Below, piece after piece: positions 9,171 to 18,504 of a stretch of 64,000 nt of DNA. Source of the stretch: Gammaproteobacteria bacterium (GTDB lineage: Bacteria > Pseudomonadota > Gammaproteobacteria > JAJFJF01); NCBI GenBank assembly GCA_021774255.1, contig JAJFJF010000012.1, positions 30,259 to 94,258 on the forward strand. Direction: 5' to 3'. The stretch's first letter is position 1. The number at the start of each line of letters is the position of its first letter. The notes beneath the pieces are model-generated. The model did no database searches. It was not told where the DNA came from and was given only the letters and a program-made list of their open reading frames with translations. Both the position numbers and the translations under genes were made by a program.

Positions 9171-10270
9171 GTCAACTTCAAGTAATATCTTGTATATTTA
9201 AGTTCGCCTTTTTTCATTAAGGCCCCCAATAAAACCAGCGCTTGCAGATCACGTGTTGCTGTCGCCCGCGATGTTTTGGTAATAGCAATATAGTTTTCTG
9301 CACTTAAACCACCGTCAAAGCCATCAACCCCTTCTTTAAACATCCGTAACAGCACTTTGCGCTGTCGTTCATTTAACTTCAAGCCAAATTTATCAAAAAA
9401 CTTTGTCTTTTTAATAAGAAGCTCTATCTGTTTTTGAGTATGCTCTTGAGCAGACAACACTGTCTCAGAAAAGTAAATTAACCAATCTGTAATATCTAAA
9501 GAATGATTGGTTTTCTGCAAGGCAGCATAATACGCTTTTTTATTTTTCTCTATTACATAGGACAAAGAAATAAGTGTAGGTTGCCCCAGAGATTGAGAAA
9601 GCGCTTTTTCTACAATGGCGCGCCCTATTCTGCCATTTCCATCCTCAAATGGATGAATAGATTCAAAATATAAATGCGCAATCCCTGCACGTACTAAAAC
9701 AGGTAATGGATTTTTACCATTAGCTTCTGTGTCATTAAACCATTCAATAAATTTTTGCATTTTCCCTGCAACTTGCTCAGAAGGAGGCGCTTCAAAATGT
9801 ATTGTCGGTTCTCTTTTTCCACCTGAAACAATTAACATGGGGTCTGAATGGGTGCGATATGCTCCCTTTTTTTCAAGATCCGTTCGCCCTCTTGTTAAAA
9901 CCTCGTGCCAAGCAAATAAGGTATCATCTGTTAACGTATCGGAATAATGCCAATAAACATCTAGCATCATTTTTACAATATTTTCTTCTGCTAGTGTAAT
10001 GTGTGATTTTTGGGTGGTGAGCCCAAGCTCACGACAAATAGAGGACTGCAAGCTTTCCCTGTTTAAATACTCCCCCTCTATTGCAGAGGTATTCATGGCT
10101 TCCTCGCTCAATAACTGCACACGAAGCTGATCTTGCTCTGAAGCATCTAAGCACTTAAAAATTCCAAAAGCAGCACCTGAAAGAGAGAAGAAACGCTGCT
10201 CAAAACCAGATAAGTTGTTGTTATTAAATGAGAAGCTTGGCCATTTCGCCAGCTGCCAGTTCCACTTCAT
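9167..10270 (-). CDS. fic: Fic family protein (class II, AMPylation-type)
   Basis: It carries the Fic motif HPFEDGNGRIGR. Upstream is an inhibitory-helix-like TSAIEG segment ((S/T)xxxE(G/N)). The C-terminus looks like a winged helix. Its stop overlaps the murJ start by 4 bp. Confidence 0.85.
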   Translation of the reverse strand: MKWNWQLAKWPSFSFNNNNLSGFEQRFFSLSGAAFGIFKCLDASEQDQLRVQLLSEEAMNTSAIEGEYLNRESLQSSICRELGLTTQKSHITLAEENIVKMMLDVYWHYSDTLTDDTLFAWHEVLTRGRTDLEKKGAYRTHSDPMLIVSGGKREPTIHFEAPPSEQVAGKMQKFIEWFNDTEANGKNPLPVLVRAGIAHLYFESIHPFEDGNGRIGRAIVEKALSQSLGQPTLISLSYVIEKNKKAYYAALQKTNHSLDITDWLIYFSETVLSAQEHTQKQIELLIKKTKFFDKFGLKLNERQRKVLLRMFKEGVDGFDGGLSAENYIAITKTSRATATRDLQALVLLGALMKKGELKYTRYYLKLT

Positions 10271-10344
10271 GAGTTATAGCCCCTTGTTCTATAACTCATA
10301 TTATAGCAGAATCATGAGTTATAGAAACAAATTCTATAACTCAT
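10269..10344. promoter_or_regulatory. two tandem copies of inverted repeat ATGAGTTATAG-N9-CTATAACTCAT overlapping the fic start codon / upstream region
   Basis: This was seen directly (copies at 10269-10299 and 10314-10344). The elements lie between the transporter stop and the fic start. They could be an operator and/or a terminator hairpin. Confidence 0.45.
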
Positions 10345-10347
10345 AGA

Positions 10348-11703
10348 TTACCTGAGTAAGCTAATCACAATGACAAGCACAGCAAGTGGTGCCACATAGC
10401 GCACTAAAAAGCGCCAGCTTTGGTATAGCCTTTTATTGGGCATAGCCAGCTCATCCTCAGAAGCTTGTCGCGTCATAAACCAACCGGCAAAGACCGCGAG
10501 TAATAAAGCGCCCAGTGGTAACAGCAGCAAAGAGACAAGCGCATCCACTATTTCATAATAGTTCCAGCCTAATAAACGTTTTTCTTGCCAGATATTAAAC
10601 GATAGCAAAGAACCAACCCCGAAGAGCCAAATCAGCCCGCCGGTGAGCCACGTTGCTTTAGGGCGGCTTATTTTCCAGCGCTCGGTGATCCAGGCGACCA
10701 TGGGTTCTACCATTGAAATAGAAGATCCCAGCGCTGCAAATAAGAGCAGCAAGAAAAACAAGCTGCCAAAAAACGAACCGCCTGGCATCGCACCAAAGGC
10801 AATCGGTAACGATTTAAAAACTAACGTGGGGCCCACATCGGGCACTAACGCATACGTAAACACAATCGGGAAGATAGCCAAGCCCGCTAAAATTGCCGAT
10901 AAGGTATCGAGAAAGGCAATGGTCACAGAGGTGCTGGCGATCGACGCGCTACGTTGTAAATAAGCCCCATAAATTAGCATACTGGCCGTGGCCACACTTA
11001 ACGTGAAAAAAGCATGACCAAGTGCCACTAAAAAGGCCTGCCCTGAAAACTCGCTAAAATCAGGTTTGAATAAAAAACGTACCCCTTCCATAAAACCCGG
11101 TGTGCTCGCGCTATAAAGCACCAGAATAATCAAAATTAAAAAAAGCCCGGGTACTAATACCCGAATCGTGCGCTCTAAACCGCGGTGCAAACCAAAAGAA
11201 ACGACCGTGATAGTGATCAGCATAAAGACGCTATGCCAAAAGGTCAGGCGCCATGGGGAGGCCAAAAAGTCGTCGAACAGCTCAACAATTTGCAGCGCGC
11301 TAATATCACGAAAAGCCCCTGAGGCGGTTTGAAAGATATAGGCCGCTGACCAACCGGCAATGACACTGTAAAACGACAATAAGAAAAAGGAGGTGATGAT
11401 CCCCAGCAGCCCCAGCAAAAACCAGCGCTCACTGCGGCCAGACTCAACCGCCACTCTTGCCATGCTATTAACCGGGCTACGCCCGCCTCGTCGCCCGAGC
11501 ATGATTTCTGCCATTAAGACCGGCAGTCCAATCAGCGCCACACAGCCCAAATAGACCAGCACAAAGGCGCCACCGCCGTTTTCACCTGCCACATAGGGGA
11601 ACTTCCAGATGTTACCTAGCCCAACAGCAGAGCCCGTTGCAGCCATGATAAACATCCACCGTGATGACCAATGGCCTAAGGGGTAGCGTTTTGATAATTT
11701 CAT
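10348..11703 (-). CDS. sodium-dependent transporter, neurotransmitter:sodium symporter (NSS/SNF) family
   Basis: It starts with the N-terminal NSS signature GSAVGLGNIWKFPY. The 451-aa protein has ~11-12 TM helices. Confidence 0.85.
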   Translation of the reverse strand: MKLSKRYPLGHWSSRWMFIMAATGSAVGLGNIWKFPYVAGENGGGAFVLVYLGCVALIGLPVLMAEIMLGRRGGRSPVNSMARVAVESGRSERWFLLGLLGIITSFFLLSFYSVIAGWSAAYIFQTASGAFRDISALQIVELFDDFLASPWRLTFWHSVFMLITITVVSFGLHRGLERTIRVLVPGLFLILIILVLYSASTPGFMEGVRFLFKPDFSEFSGQAFLVALGHAFFTLSVATASMLIYGAYLQRSASIASTSVTIAFLDTLSAILAGLAIFPIVFTYALVPDVGPTLVFKSLPIAFGAMPGGSFFGSLFFLLLLFAALGSSISMVEPMVAWITERWKISRPKATWLTGGLIWLFGVGSLLSFNIWQEKRLLGWNYYEIVDALVSLLLLPLGALLLAVFAGWFMTRQASEDELAMPNKRLYQSWRFLVRYVAPLAVLVIVISLLR

Positions 11704-12047
11704 CGCGCCATTATACCCGCAAAGCCCCCTTCAAATCACGGGCTTAGCATAAATAAGTCATTTTGATAGCTGATTTTTGTGCATCGCTTAACTTCAACAA
11801 AACTGGATCGCTGGCCCCTAAAAAAATAGAGAATGGCGCTCTAATTTTCGCGAAGCTCCGCAAAACAACACAGGTGTTCCAGCCCATGCCAAAGCAGAGT
11901 TGACCCTACAGCATTACAGCTTATATCCTCTAACGCCTCAAATTTGCTTTTAAGCACGAAGAAAAGTTAAATTATAATTTTCTTTTAAATCAACGGGTTA
12001 TTTTATATTTTTAAGATTTTTATTGTTAAGATGGGAAAAACAAAAAA

Positions 12048-12081
12048 AACATACATGCCGATGTTACACCATATATATAGA
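12048..12081 (+). promoter_or_regulatory. conserved regulon promoter motif copy (aCATACatgccGATGTTACACCATATATATAGA)
   Basis: It is one of 7-8 copies of the same ~35-bp motif in the window. It lies 40 bp upstream of the ATG at 12122. Confidence 0.55.
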
Positions 12082-12121
12082 AACAAACGTTAAAGCGAAT
12101 TATTAATCAACACCTATCAAC

Positions 12122-12466
12122 ATGAACATCTGTTATCTTAATCTTCGTGACATGACTCCTGGGATGTTCATCTACGAGCGGCCTATCTCAGCCGAGGATA
12201 TCGACCCAAATAGCCTCAGCCCGGAACAAGTTTTCTTGGTTAAGGGTGGGGAGCTGGAATACAAGCTTCTGGAGCGGGTCTCTGACGGTAAACTCTTCCT
12301 GCTCTATTCGCACACTCGAACGACTGACACGGCTGAAGGGCCACATCCACGCATCACATTCAAGCACGCCCTACGCGGTGTTCCTCCTGCTTGGAAAGCG
12401 CCAGCTAAAGGGCCTTCTAAAAGTGAGTCTTGGTTTGGCAGTTGGTTTGGCAGTTGGTTTGGTTAA
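12122..12466 (+). CDS. small hypothetical protein with C-terminal SWFG x3 tandem repeat
   Basis: The 114-aa ORF sits downstream of the conserved motif. Its 3' end has three tandem 12-bp units AGTTGGTTTGGC encoding SWFGSWFGSWFG. I recognise no family. Confidence 0.45.
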   Translation: MNICYLNLRDMTPGMFIYERPISAEDIDPNSLSPEQVFLVKGGELEYKLLERVSDGKLFLLYSHTRTTDTAEGPHPRITFKHALRGVPPAWKAPAKGPSKSESWFGSWFGSWFG

Positions 12467-12625
12467 AAGCAAGAGTCAGCCTCTTTCAGAGAAATAATAG
12501 TCATTTTTATTACTAAAAAACATCATCAAAAAGGGTCAGGCATATTTAATAAGTTTATTATTGAAGCTACTTTGCTGATGACAGTGATCCAATAGGCAAG
12601 AAAACTAATTTATAAGAAACAGAGA

Positions 12626-13360
12626 ATGTCTTACAATGTGAGCATGAATAAAGACCAAGCCAAACAACTATCAAAAAAAGTCATTTTAATCACCGGCGCG
12701 GCCAGCGATATTGGCCAAATGGTGGCAAAGGCCTACGCTAGCCACGGCGCTGAACTTATCTTGCTCGATCGGAATACCGATCAGCTTACCGCGCTTTATG
12801 ATGAGATTGCCGCCACCGATGCCCCTACGCCCGCGCTTTACCCGCTACATCTTGCCGGCGCCAGCCCAGAAGATTATCAAAACCTTGCCGATAATATCGC
12901 AAAAGAATATAGCCACTTAGATGGGTTAGTTCATGCTGCAATGGAATTAGGCACCCGCACGCCGCTGCCCCTCTATGACATTAAACGCTGGTATGAAGTA
13001 CTGCAAGTTAACGTAAACGCCCCTTTCATGCTGACCCAAGCTTTGTTTGAATTGCTTAAAAAAGCCCCTGCGGCTTCTGTTGTCTTCACTCTCCCGGACA
13101 TTGGCCAAGAAAGCCAAGCCTACTGGGGTGCCTTTGGCGTCTCAAGATTTGCCGTGCAGGGCCTCGCCCAAGTGTTTGCGGATGAAGTAGCAGAAAATAC
13201 TTCGATTCGCGTGAGCACAGTTGCTCCCGGAAAAGTACGCGCTCAGTTAAGAGCAAAAGCCTTTCCTGCTGAAGAAGCATCTGAACTTCCATCTATTAAC
13301 AGCCTAGAAAATTTATACTTAGAAAAAATAGTTAATTTAATACCTGAAGAAATTAGCTGA
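12626..13360 (+). CDS. SDR-family short-chain dehydrogenase/reductase (YciK-like)
   Basis: It carries the Rossmann motif VILITGAASDIGQ. Its length and layout are typical of SDR proteins. Confidence 0.8.
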   Translation: MSYNVSMNKDQAKQLSKKVILITGAASDIGQMVAKAYASHGAELILLDRNTDQLTALYDEIAATDAPTPALYPLHLAGASPEDYQNLADNIAKEYSHLDGLVHAAMELGTRTPLPLYDIKRWYEVLQVNVNAPFMLTQALFELLKKAPAASVVFTLPDIGQESQAYWGAFGVSRFAVQGLAQVFADEVAENTSIRVSTVAPGKVRAQLRAKAFPAEEASELPSINSLENLYLEKIVNLIPEEIS

Positions 13361-13639
13361 TCCTTCACACAGGGGAACGCAAACACTTGTAGATGCACTC
13401 TTTAAAATCAAGCCTATTTTTGCTTGTTTTTCACTAACTCACTCTGCATAACCAAATAACCAAGCGTAGCCCCCCCTTCCACTTTGAATTCGTTTTGCCC
13501 CCTTGAAAGCACTTAGATTCATTTTGAGAACAAAATTTGTTCTCAGGATTTTACCGTGGGTTTAAAGAAAAAATTTGTTATACTCCTTGCGGTTAGAGAT
13601 TTAATCTCTGAACGACTTACTACAATAGGAGCTGATTAT

Positions 13640-14386
13640 ATGAAATTAAGGACCCTTGCACTCAGTTTAGTGGCCGTATTTGCGACGCAAGCGTGTGCTG
13701 ATAATAATCGAGATATTTCTCTTGATACCCAACAAGAAAAAGTAAGCTACAGTATTGGTGTGGACATTGGCCGTTCTTTAACTGCCAGTGAAATTGACAT
13801 CGACATGGATAGCTTTAGCCAAGGTATCAGCGATGGTGTCGCGGGCGATGACACCCTTCTCACTGATGAAGAAATGGAACAAACATTAATTTCTTTCCAG
13901 GAAGAACTTATGGCAGAGCAACAAGCTGAACAACAAGCCATTGCAGATGCCAATGCGGCACAAGAAGATACTTTCTTGTCTGCTAATGCAGCAAGAGAAG
14001 GTGTGGTTGTTTTAGACAGCGGCTTACAATACAGCATCATTGAAGAAGGTACTGGCATTAGCCCTGATAGCAACGACATTGTGTCTGTACACTATCAAGG
14101 CACACTGCCTGATGGCACCGTGTTTGATAGCTCTTATGAGCGCGGCGAACCTGCTAGCTTCCCCGTTAACGCTGTGATCAGCGGCTGGACAGAAGCCCTG
14201 CAACTCATGCAAGTAGGCGATAAATGGGAACTCTATATCCCTTCTGATTTAGCGTATGGTGAAACAGGCACTGCCGGCGTGATTGGCCCTAATCAAGTGT
14301 TGATCTTCGAAGTTGAATTATTAGATGTAGATCAAATAGAAAATGCTGCAGCTGTTTCAGTAGAAGATGGCGTTGATATGAGCTAA
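13640..14386 (+). CDS. mip: FKBP-type peptidyl-prolyl cis-trans isomerase, Mip/FkpA-like lipoprotein/periplasmic
   Basis: The ATG at 13640 is preceded by an AGGAGC ribosome-binding site. There is a signal peptide (MKLRTLALSLVAVFATQACA). An FkpA-type dimerisation helix is present. The FKBP domain is GVVVLDSGLQYSIIEEGTG..VHYQGTLPDGTVFDSSYERGEPASFPVN.VISGWTEALQLM..GDKWELYIPSDLAYGE, which resembles Legionella Mip. Confidence 0.85.
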   Translation: MKLRTLALSLVAVFATQACADNNRDISLDTQQEKVSYSIGVDIGRSLTASEIDIDMDSFSQGISDGVAGDDTLLTDEEMEQTLISFQEELMAEQQAEQQAIADANAAQEDTFLSANAAREGVVVLDSGLQYSIIEEGTGISPDSNDIVSVHYQGTLPDGTVFDSSYERGEPASFPVNAVISGWTEALQLMQVGDKWELYIPSDLAYGETGTAGVIGPNQVLIFEVELLDVDQIENAAAVSVEDGVDMS

Positions 14387-14415
14387 TCGTTAGCTTGTTT
14401 TTCGCGTTTTAATCT

Positions 14416-14448
14416 AAAAAGGGGGATGTTATATCCCCCCTTTTTTTT
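14416..14448 (+). terminator. rho-independent terminator (GGGGGAT-GTTAT-ATCCCCC + T8)
   Basis: A GC stem-loop is followed by a run of 8 T, 30 bp after the mip stop. An A-run precedes the stem, so the structure could work in both directions. Confidence 0.6.
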
Positions 14449-14720
14449 GTAGGGGCACGGCGTGCCGTGCCCTTCGCCAAAAATCACCTCTCACCTCTTG
14501 CTGCTCTTCACTATCCTGCTGGGCGAGCGCCGCTCGCCCCTACACATAAAACGTAGGTCATCCGTAGCCTTAGGAGCTCATCTTCCTAGCTTTTACCTGG
14601 AACTCATCGCTACAGAATACTCGGGCCACGGAAGGGCCAGGAAAGTTTTGTGTAGGGGCGAGCGGCGCTCGCCCAGCAAGGTTACGTAGTGCTGAAACGG
14701 CACGCTGTGTCCCTACAGGC
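14449..14720. repeat. GC-rich nested-palindrome element (MITE/REP-like): outer IR TGTAGGGGCACGGCGTGCC / GGCACGCTGTGTCCCTACA, inner perfect 27-bp IR CTGGGCGAGCGCCGCTCGCCCCTACAC
   Basis: The inverted repeats were seen directly in the sequence. A related short copy is at 37722..37808. The element lies between the convergent mip and rluB genes and is flanked by T-runs. Confidence 0.5.
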
Positions 14721-14726
14721 GAACAA

Positions 14727-15467
14727 TTAATTTTTTTTGCAGGTTTCCATCAGGCGATGGGTTTCTGCATCTGAGAGAATTTTATATTGGCCTGTTTTAA
14801 ATTGAGATGGCAGGCTAACAGAGCCGAAGCGCACACGAATTAAACGGCTCACCGTGGCACCTACCGCTTGCCACAAACGCCGCACCTCATGTTTACGGCC
14901 TTCTTTTAACACCACACGATACCAATGATTTGCACCGGCGCCACCGGCATCCGTAATGCGCGTAAAACGCGCCATACCGTCTTCTAGGCGCACACCTTGC
15001 TTCAATTGAGTAAGCGTGGCGTTATCGACTTTACCCAGTACTCTCACAGCATATTCACGTTCGACCTCAAAAGAAGGATGCATCATGGCGTGCGCCAATG
15101 CACCATCGTTGGTGAGTAATAATAACCCCATGGTATTGATGTCTAATCGGCCGATGTTAATCCAGCGGCCTGCAGGCGGCGGTGGCAAGCGATCAAAGAC
15201 CGTACGGCGCCCTTCTGGATCAGAACGGGTGCAAAGCTCACCCTCAGGTTTATAGTAGAGTAATACGCGACGCGGTGGGGAGGTTTTTGTTTGCGGGCGG
15301 TTGAGTGGACGGCCATCAACACTGAGCTTGTCAGAAGTGGCAACGCGGTCGCCAATGTGGGCCGTTTGGCCGTTAACGGTGATTCTGCCAGCCTTGATCC
15401 AGCGTTCCATTTCGCGGCGAGAACCAACACCAAGATCGGCTAATACTTTGTGAAGTTTTTCGGTCAT
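14727..15467 (-). CDS. rluB: 23S rRNA pseudouridine synthase RluB
   Basis: The N-terminus is an S4 domain (KLHKVLADLGVGSRREMERWIKAGRITVNG). The catalytic region is RsuA/RluB-type (GRLDINTMGLLLLTNDG). Its position downstream of scpB is the conserved one. Confidence 0.85.
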   Translation of the reverse strand: MTEKLHKVLADLGVGSRREMERWIKAGRITVNGQTAHIGDRVATSDKLSVDGRPLNRPQTKTSPPRRVLLYYKPEGELCTRSDPEGRRTVFDRLPPPPAGRWINIGRLDINTMGLLLLTNDGALAHAMMHPSFEVEREYAVRVLGKVDNATLTQLKQGVRLEDGMARFTRITDAGGAGANHWYRVVLKEGRKHEVRRLWQAVGATVSRLIRVRFGSVSLPSQFKTGQYKILSDAETHRLMETCKKN

Positions 15468-15567
15468 CCGTATTCAATTGCTAGAGTCAATTACCCCCTC
15501 ACCCTCCCCCCCTTGGGGGAGAGGGGATAAAAGAAGGGGTAGAAATATACGTAGGTTAAATTGATTA

Positions 15568-16398
15568 TTAAGCTGCAACAGGCTCGCGCGCTGATTCAGA
15601 TGTTATTTCAGGTGTCTCAGCTTCCCGCTCAGGTTCCGCGTCAGCTTCTACTTCAAGATTAACCTCTGCCGCATCGCTAACCGTTTCTTCTTCCGCTTCT
15701 GAAACAGCCGCCACAATGACGTCTGTTGCTTCTACTTCCGTTTCAGTGCCTGCGTCTGCAGCAGCTAGCTCATCAGAAGCCGCGACTGCTGTTGCCTCTG
15801 CGCCCTCTTCTACAAGAGCGCCACCCTCGCCTGGCAAGGCTAAATCCAGCTCCATATTGATTTGATCCATATCACGCAGTTCTGCGAGGCTTGGCAATTC
15901 ATCCAGACTTTTTAAGCCAAAGTGGTCAAGAAAGCCTTTTGTGCTGCCATACAAGGCGGGGCGGCCTGGCACATCACGGTGCCCCACCACACGCACCCAT
16001 TCACGCTCAAGCAAGGTTTTAATAATCGAAGAGCTCACTCCCACGCCACGTACGTCTTCAATCTCACCGCGGGTAATTGGCTGACGGTAAGTAATCAAGG
16101 CTAAGGTCTCTAATAAAGCACGCGAGTAGCGCGTAGGCCGTTCTTCCCAGAGTTGCTGTATCCAGGGGGCAAATTCGGCTTTGACCTGAAAACGAAAGCC
16201 AGAGGCCACTTCAAGCAATTCCACACTGCGCGCGGCACAGTCTTCTTTTAATTCCAATAAGGCCTTGCGAATTTGGGTCGCTTGCACATTGTCTTTTTCA
16301 GGAAATAATTTTTCTAAGCGGGCCACCGTCAGCGGTTCACCCGCTGCGAGCAAAGCCGCTTCGACAATGCCTTTCGTTTGTTCAAATGAAATACTCAT
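15568..16398 (-). CDS. scpB: segregation and condensation protein B (ScpB) with acidic C-terminal tail
   Basis: The N-terminal winged-helix region (GIVEAALLAAGEPLTVARLEKLF) is the ScpB type. The gene is adjacent to scpA. Confidence 0.85.
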   Translation of the reverse strand: MSISFEQTKGIVEAALLAAGEPLTVARLEKLFPEKDNVQATQIRKALLELKEDCAARSVELLEVASGFRFQVKAEFAPWIQQLWEERPTRYSRALLETLALITYRQPITRGEIEDVRGVGVSSSIIKTLLEREWVRVVGHRDVPGRPALYGSTKGFLDHFGLKSLDELPSLAELRDMDQINMELDLALPGEGGALVEEGAEATAVAASDELAAADAGTETEVEATDVIVAAVSEAEEETVSDAAEVNLEVEADAEPEREAETPEITSESAREPVAA

Positions 16399-16420
16399 AA
16401 TAAATCGCTCTTAAAATATA

Positions 16421-17260
16421 TTATGTTGTGATAGCTCTGACATGAATGGGACCATAAGGTTCATTTTGGACCAATTCAATTAAGGTGTTTTTAATGAGTT
16501 CCAATACCGCTAGAAAGGTCACGACCACGCCCATGCGCCCTTCTTCTACCGTAAATAAGGTAACAAAATCAGTGAAATTTTCTTGCTTCAATGAAGATAA
16601 GATAATGGTCATGCGCTCGCGCACTGATAACGTTTCACGCTGCACAGAATGACTGTTAAAATGTTCTGCACGGCGCATGACTTCTCGTAAAGCCAGCAAC
16701 AACTCGGGCAATTCAACAATCGGCTCTGGTTTGGTTTGATCTAATTCAGGCAATGCAACGGGTGTGCTCACAAAGGTATCGCGGCCTTGACGTGGCAACG
16801 CATCCATATCTTCTGCTGCTTGTTTAAAGCGCTCATATTCTTGCAGACGGCGCACTAATTCCGCGCGTGGATCAGCTTCTTCGTCATCGATACTTTCTGG
16901 GCGCGGCAATAATAAGCGGGATTTAATCTCAGCCAACATCGCCGCCATCACTAAGTATTCTGCTGCCAATTCCAAATGTATCTCTTTCATCACTTCCACA
17001 TATTGCATGTATTGTGCCGTGATTTTAGCAATGGGGATATCTAAAATATCCAAGTTTTGCTTCTTGATAAGATAGAGCAGCAAATCCAGCGGGCCCGAAA
17101 ACATCTCTTCCAGAAACACTTCTAATGCATCGGGTGGAATATAGAGATCTTTGGGCACATCGGTCATCTGTTTGCCCAAGACAACCGCAATGGGGTTGAT
17201 GTGATGCGCAACCTGTTCTGCCGGTGGTGCTATTTGTGCGGGTGATGCCTGCTGGGTCAT
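16421..17260 (-). CDS. scpA: segregation and condensation protein A (ScpA, kleisin)
   Basis: The 279-aa protein has the ScpA pattern LDLLLYLIKKQNLDILDIPIAKIT. It is in the scpA-scpB-rluB arrangement. Confidence 0.85.
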   Translation of the reverse strand: MTQQASPAQIAPPAEQVAHHINPIAVVLGKQMTDVPKDLYIPPDALEVFLEEMFSGPLDLLLYLIKKQNLDILDIPIAKITAQYMQYVEVMKEIHLELAAEYLVMAAMLAEIKSRLLLPRPESIDDEEADPRAELVRRLQEYERFKQAAEDMDALPRQGRDTFVSTPVALPELDQTKPEPIVELPELLLALREVMRRAEHFNSHSVQRETLSVRERMTIILSSLKQENFTDFVTLFTVEEGRMGVVVTFLAVLELIKNTLIELVQNEPYGPIHVRAITT

Positions 17261-17273
17261 GTTGTCAGGTTAC

Positions 17274-18452
17274 CTATTGGTAAATTAAATGCATGGCTTG
17301 TCGCACTTCTTTTAGTGTCGCGCGGGCGGTATCTTGTGCCACTTCTCTGCCTTCCGCCACGATATTACGCACTAAAGAAGGGTTTTCTTCGTATTCTTTT
17401 GCGCGCGCTTGGATCGGTGCTAGCTCTTTTTTAATCGCGTCGATCAGCGGTTGCTTGCATTCTAAGCAGCCAATGCCCGCACTGCGGCAACCTTGTTGCA
17501 CCCATTTTTGCGTATCTTCTTTAGCATACACTTTATGCAAGCCCCAGACGGGGCATTTTTCAGGTTCGCCTGGATCGGTACGACGCACACGTGCTGGATC
17601 AGTTGGCATGGTACGGATTTTCTCTTCAACGCTCTCGGGCGCTTCACGCAAAGCAATGGTGTTGTGGTAAGACTTTGACATCTTACGGCCATCCAAGCCC
17701 GGAAGCTTAGGGGTTTCGGTCAGCAAGGTTTCAGGTTCCGTGAGAATGAGCTTGCCACTGCCTTCTAAATCCCCGAGCAAACGCTCGCGATCGCCGAGTG
17801 AAATATTCTGAACGCTGTCGATTAATGCGCGACCGGTTTCAAGGGCTTCATGCTCACCTTTTTCTTGATAATTTTTTCTTAACTGACTGTATAACTTAGC
17901 GTTTTTCTTGCCAAGTTTATGTACAGCGTTATCAACCTTTTCAGCAAAATCAGGTTCGCGGCCATAAAGGTGATTAAAGCGGCGCGCAATCTCGCGAGTG
18001 AGTTCCACATGCGGGGCTTGATCCTCTCCCACCGGCACGCTGCTAGCATGGTAAGCCAAGATATCCGCACTTTGTAACAAGGGATAGCCCAAAAAGCCGT
18101 AAGTCGATAAGTCTTTCTGATCAGAGAGGGCTTCTTGTTGATCACGGTAAGTCGGCATACGCTCCAACCAACTCAACGGCGTGATCATCGAGAGCAGCAA
18201 ATGCAGCTCCGCATGCTCTGGCACATGCGATTGAATAAACAAATGCGCGGCGCTGGGATCCACCCCCGCGGCTAACCAGTCAATCACCATGTCCCAAATA
18301 TTTTCTTCAATGAGCTGGGGCTCATCATAGTGGGTGGTTAAGGCGTGCCAATCAACAATGCAAAAAAAGCATTCATGCTGGTATTGTAGCTTCACCCAGT
18401 TTTTTAAGGTGCCATGATAGTGGCCCAAGTGCAGCCGCCCTGTCGGGCGCAT
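17274..18452 (-). CDS. trpS: tryptophan--tRNA ligase
   Basis: The class I HIGH-like motif (GRLHLGHYHG) and the KMSKS motif are present. The track ORF extends 37 codons upstream. The start was set at MRPTG so the gene does not overlap yciO. Confidence 0.85.
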   Translation of the reverse strand: MRPTGRLHLGHYHGTLKNWVKLQYQHECFFCIVDWHALTTHYDEPQLIEENIWDMVIDWLAAGVDPSAAHLFIQSHVPEHAELHLLLSMITPLSWLERMPTYRDQQEALSDQKDLSTYGFLGYPLLQSADILAYHASSVPVGEDQAPHVELTREIARRFNHLYGREPDFAEKVDNAVHKLGKKNAKLYSQLRKNYQEKGEHEALETGRALIDSVQNISLGDRERLLGDLEGSGKLILTEPETLLTETPKLPGLDGRKMSKSYHNTIALREAPESVEEKIRTMPTDPARVRRTDPGEPEKCPVWGLHKVYAKEDTQKWVQQGCRSAGIGCLECKQPLIDAIKKELAPIQARAKEYEENPSLVRNIVAEGREVAQDTARATLKEVRQAMHLIYQ

Positions 18453-18504
18453 GCCGGATAACACACGTTGATGTCGGTTGCCTGCCGCGCTCACATTAAA
18501 ACCC

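Noticed and set aside
14462-14689. 75-aa ORF
   Set aside because: It lies entirely within the nested-palindrome repeat element. Its sequence is Arg/Ser-rich and dictated by GC-rich palindromes.
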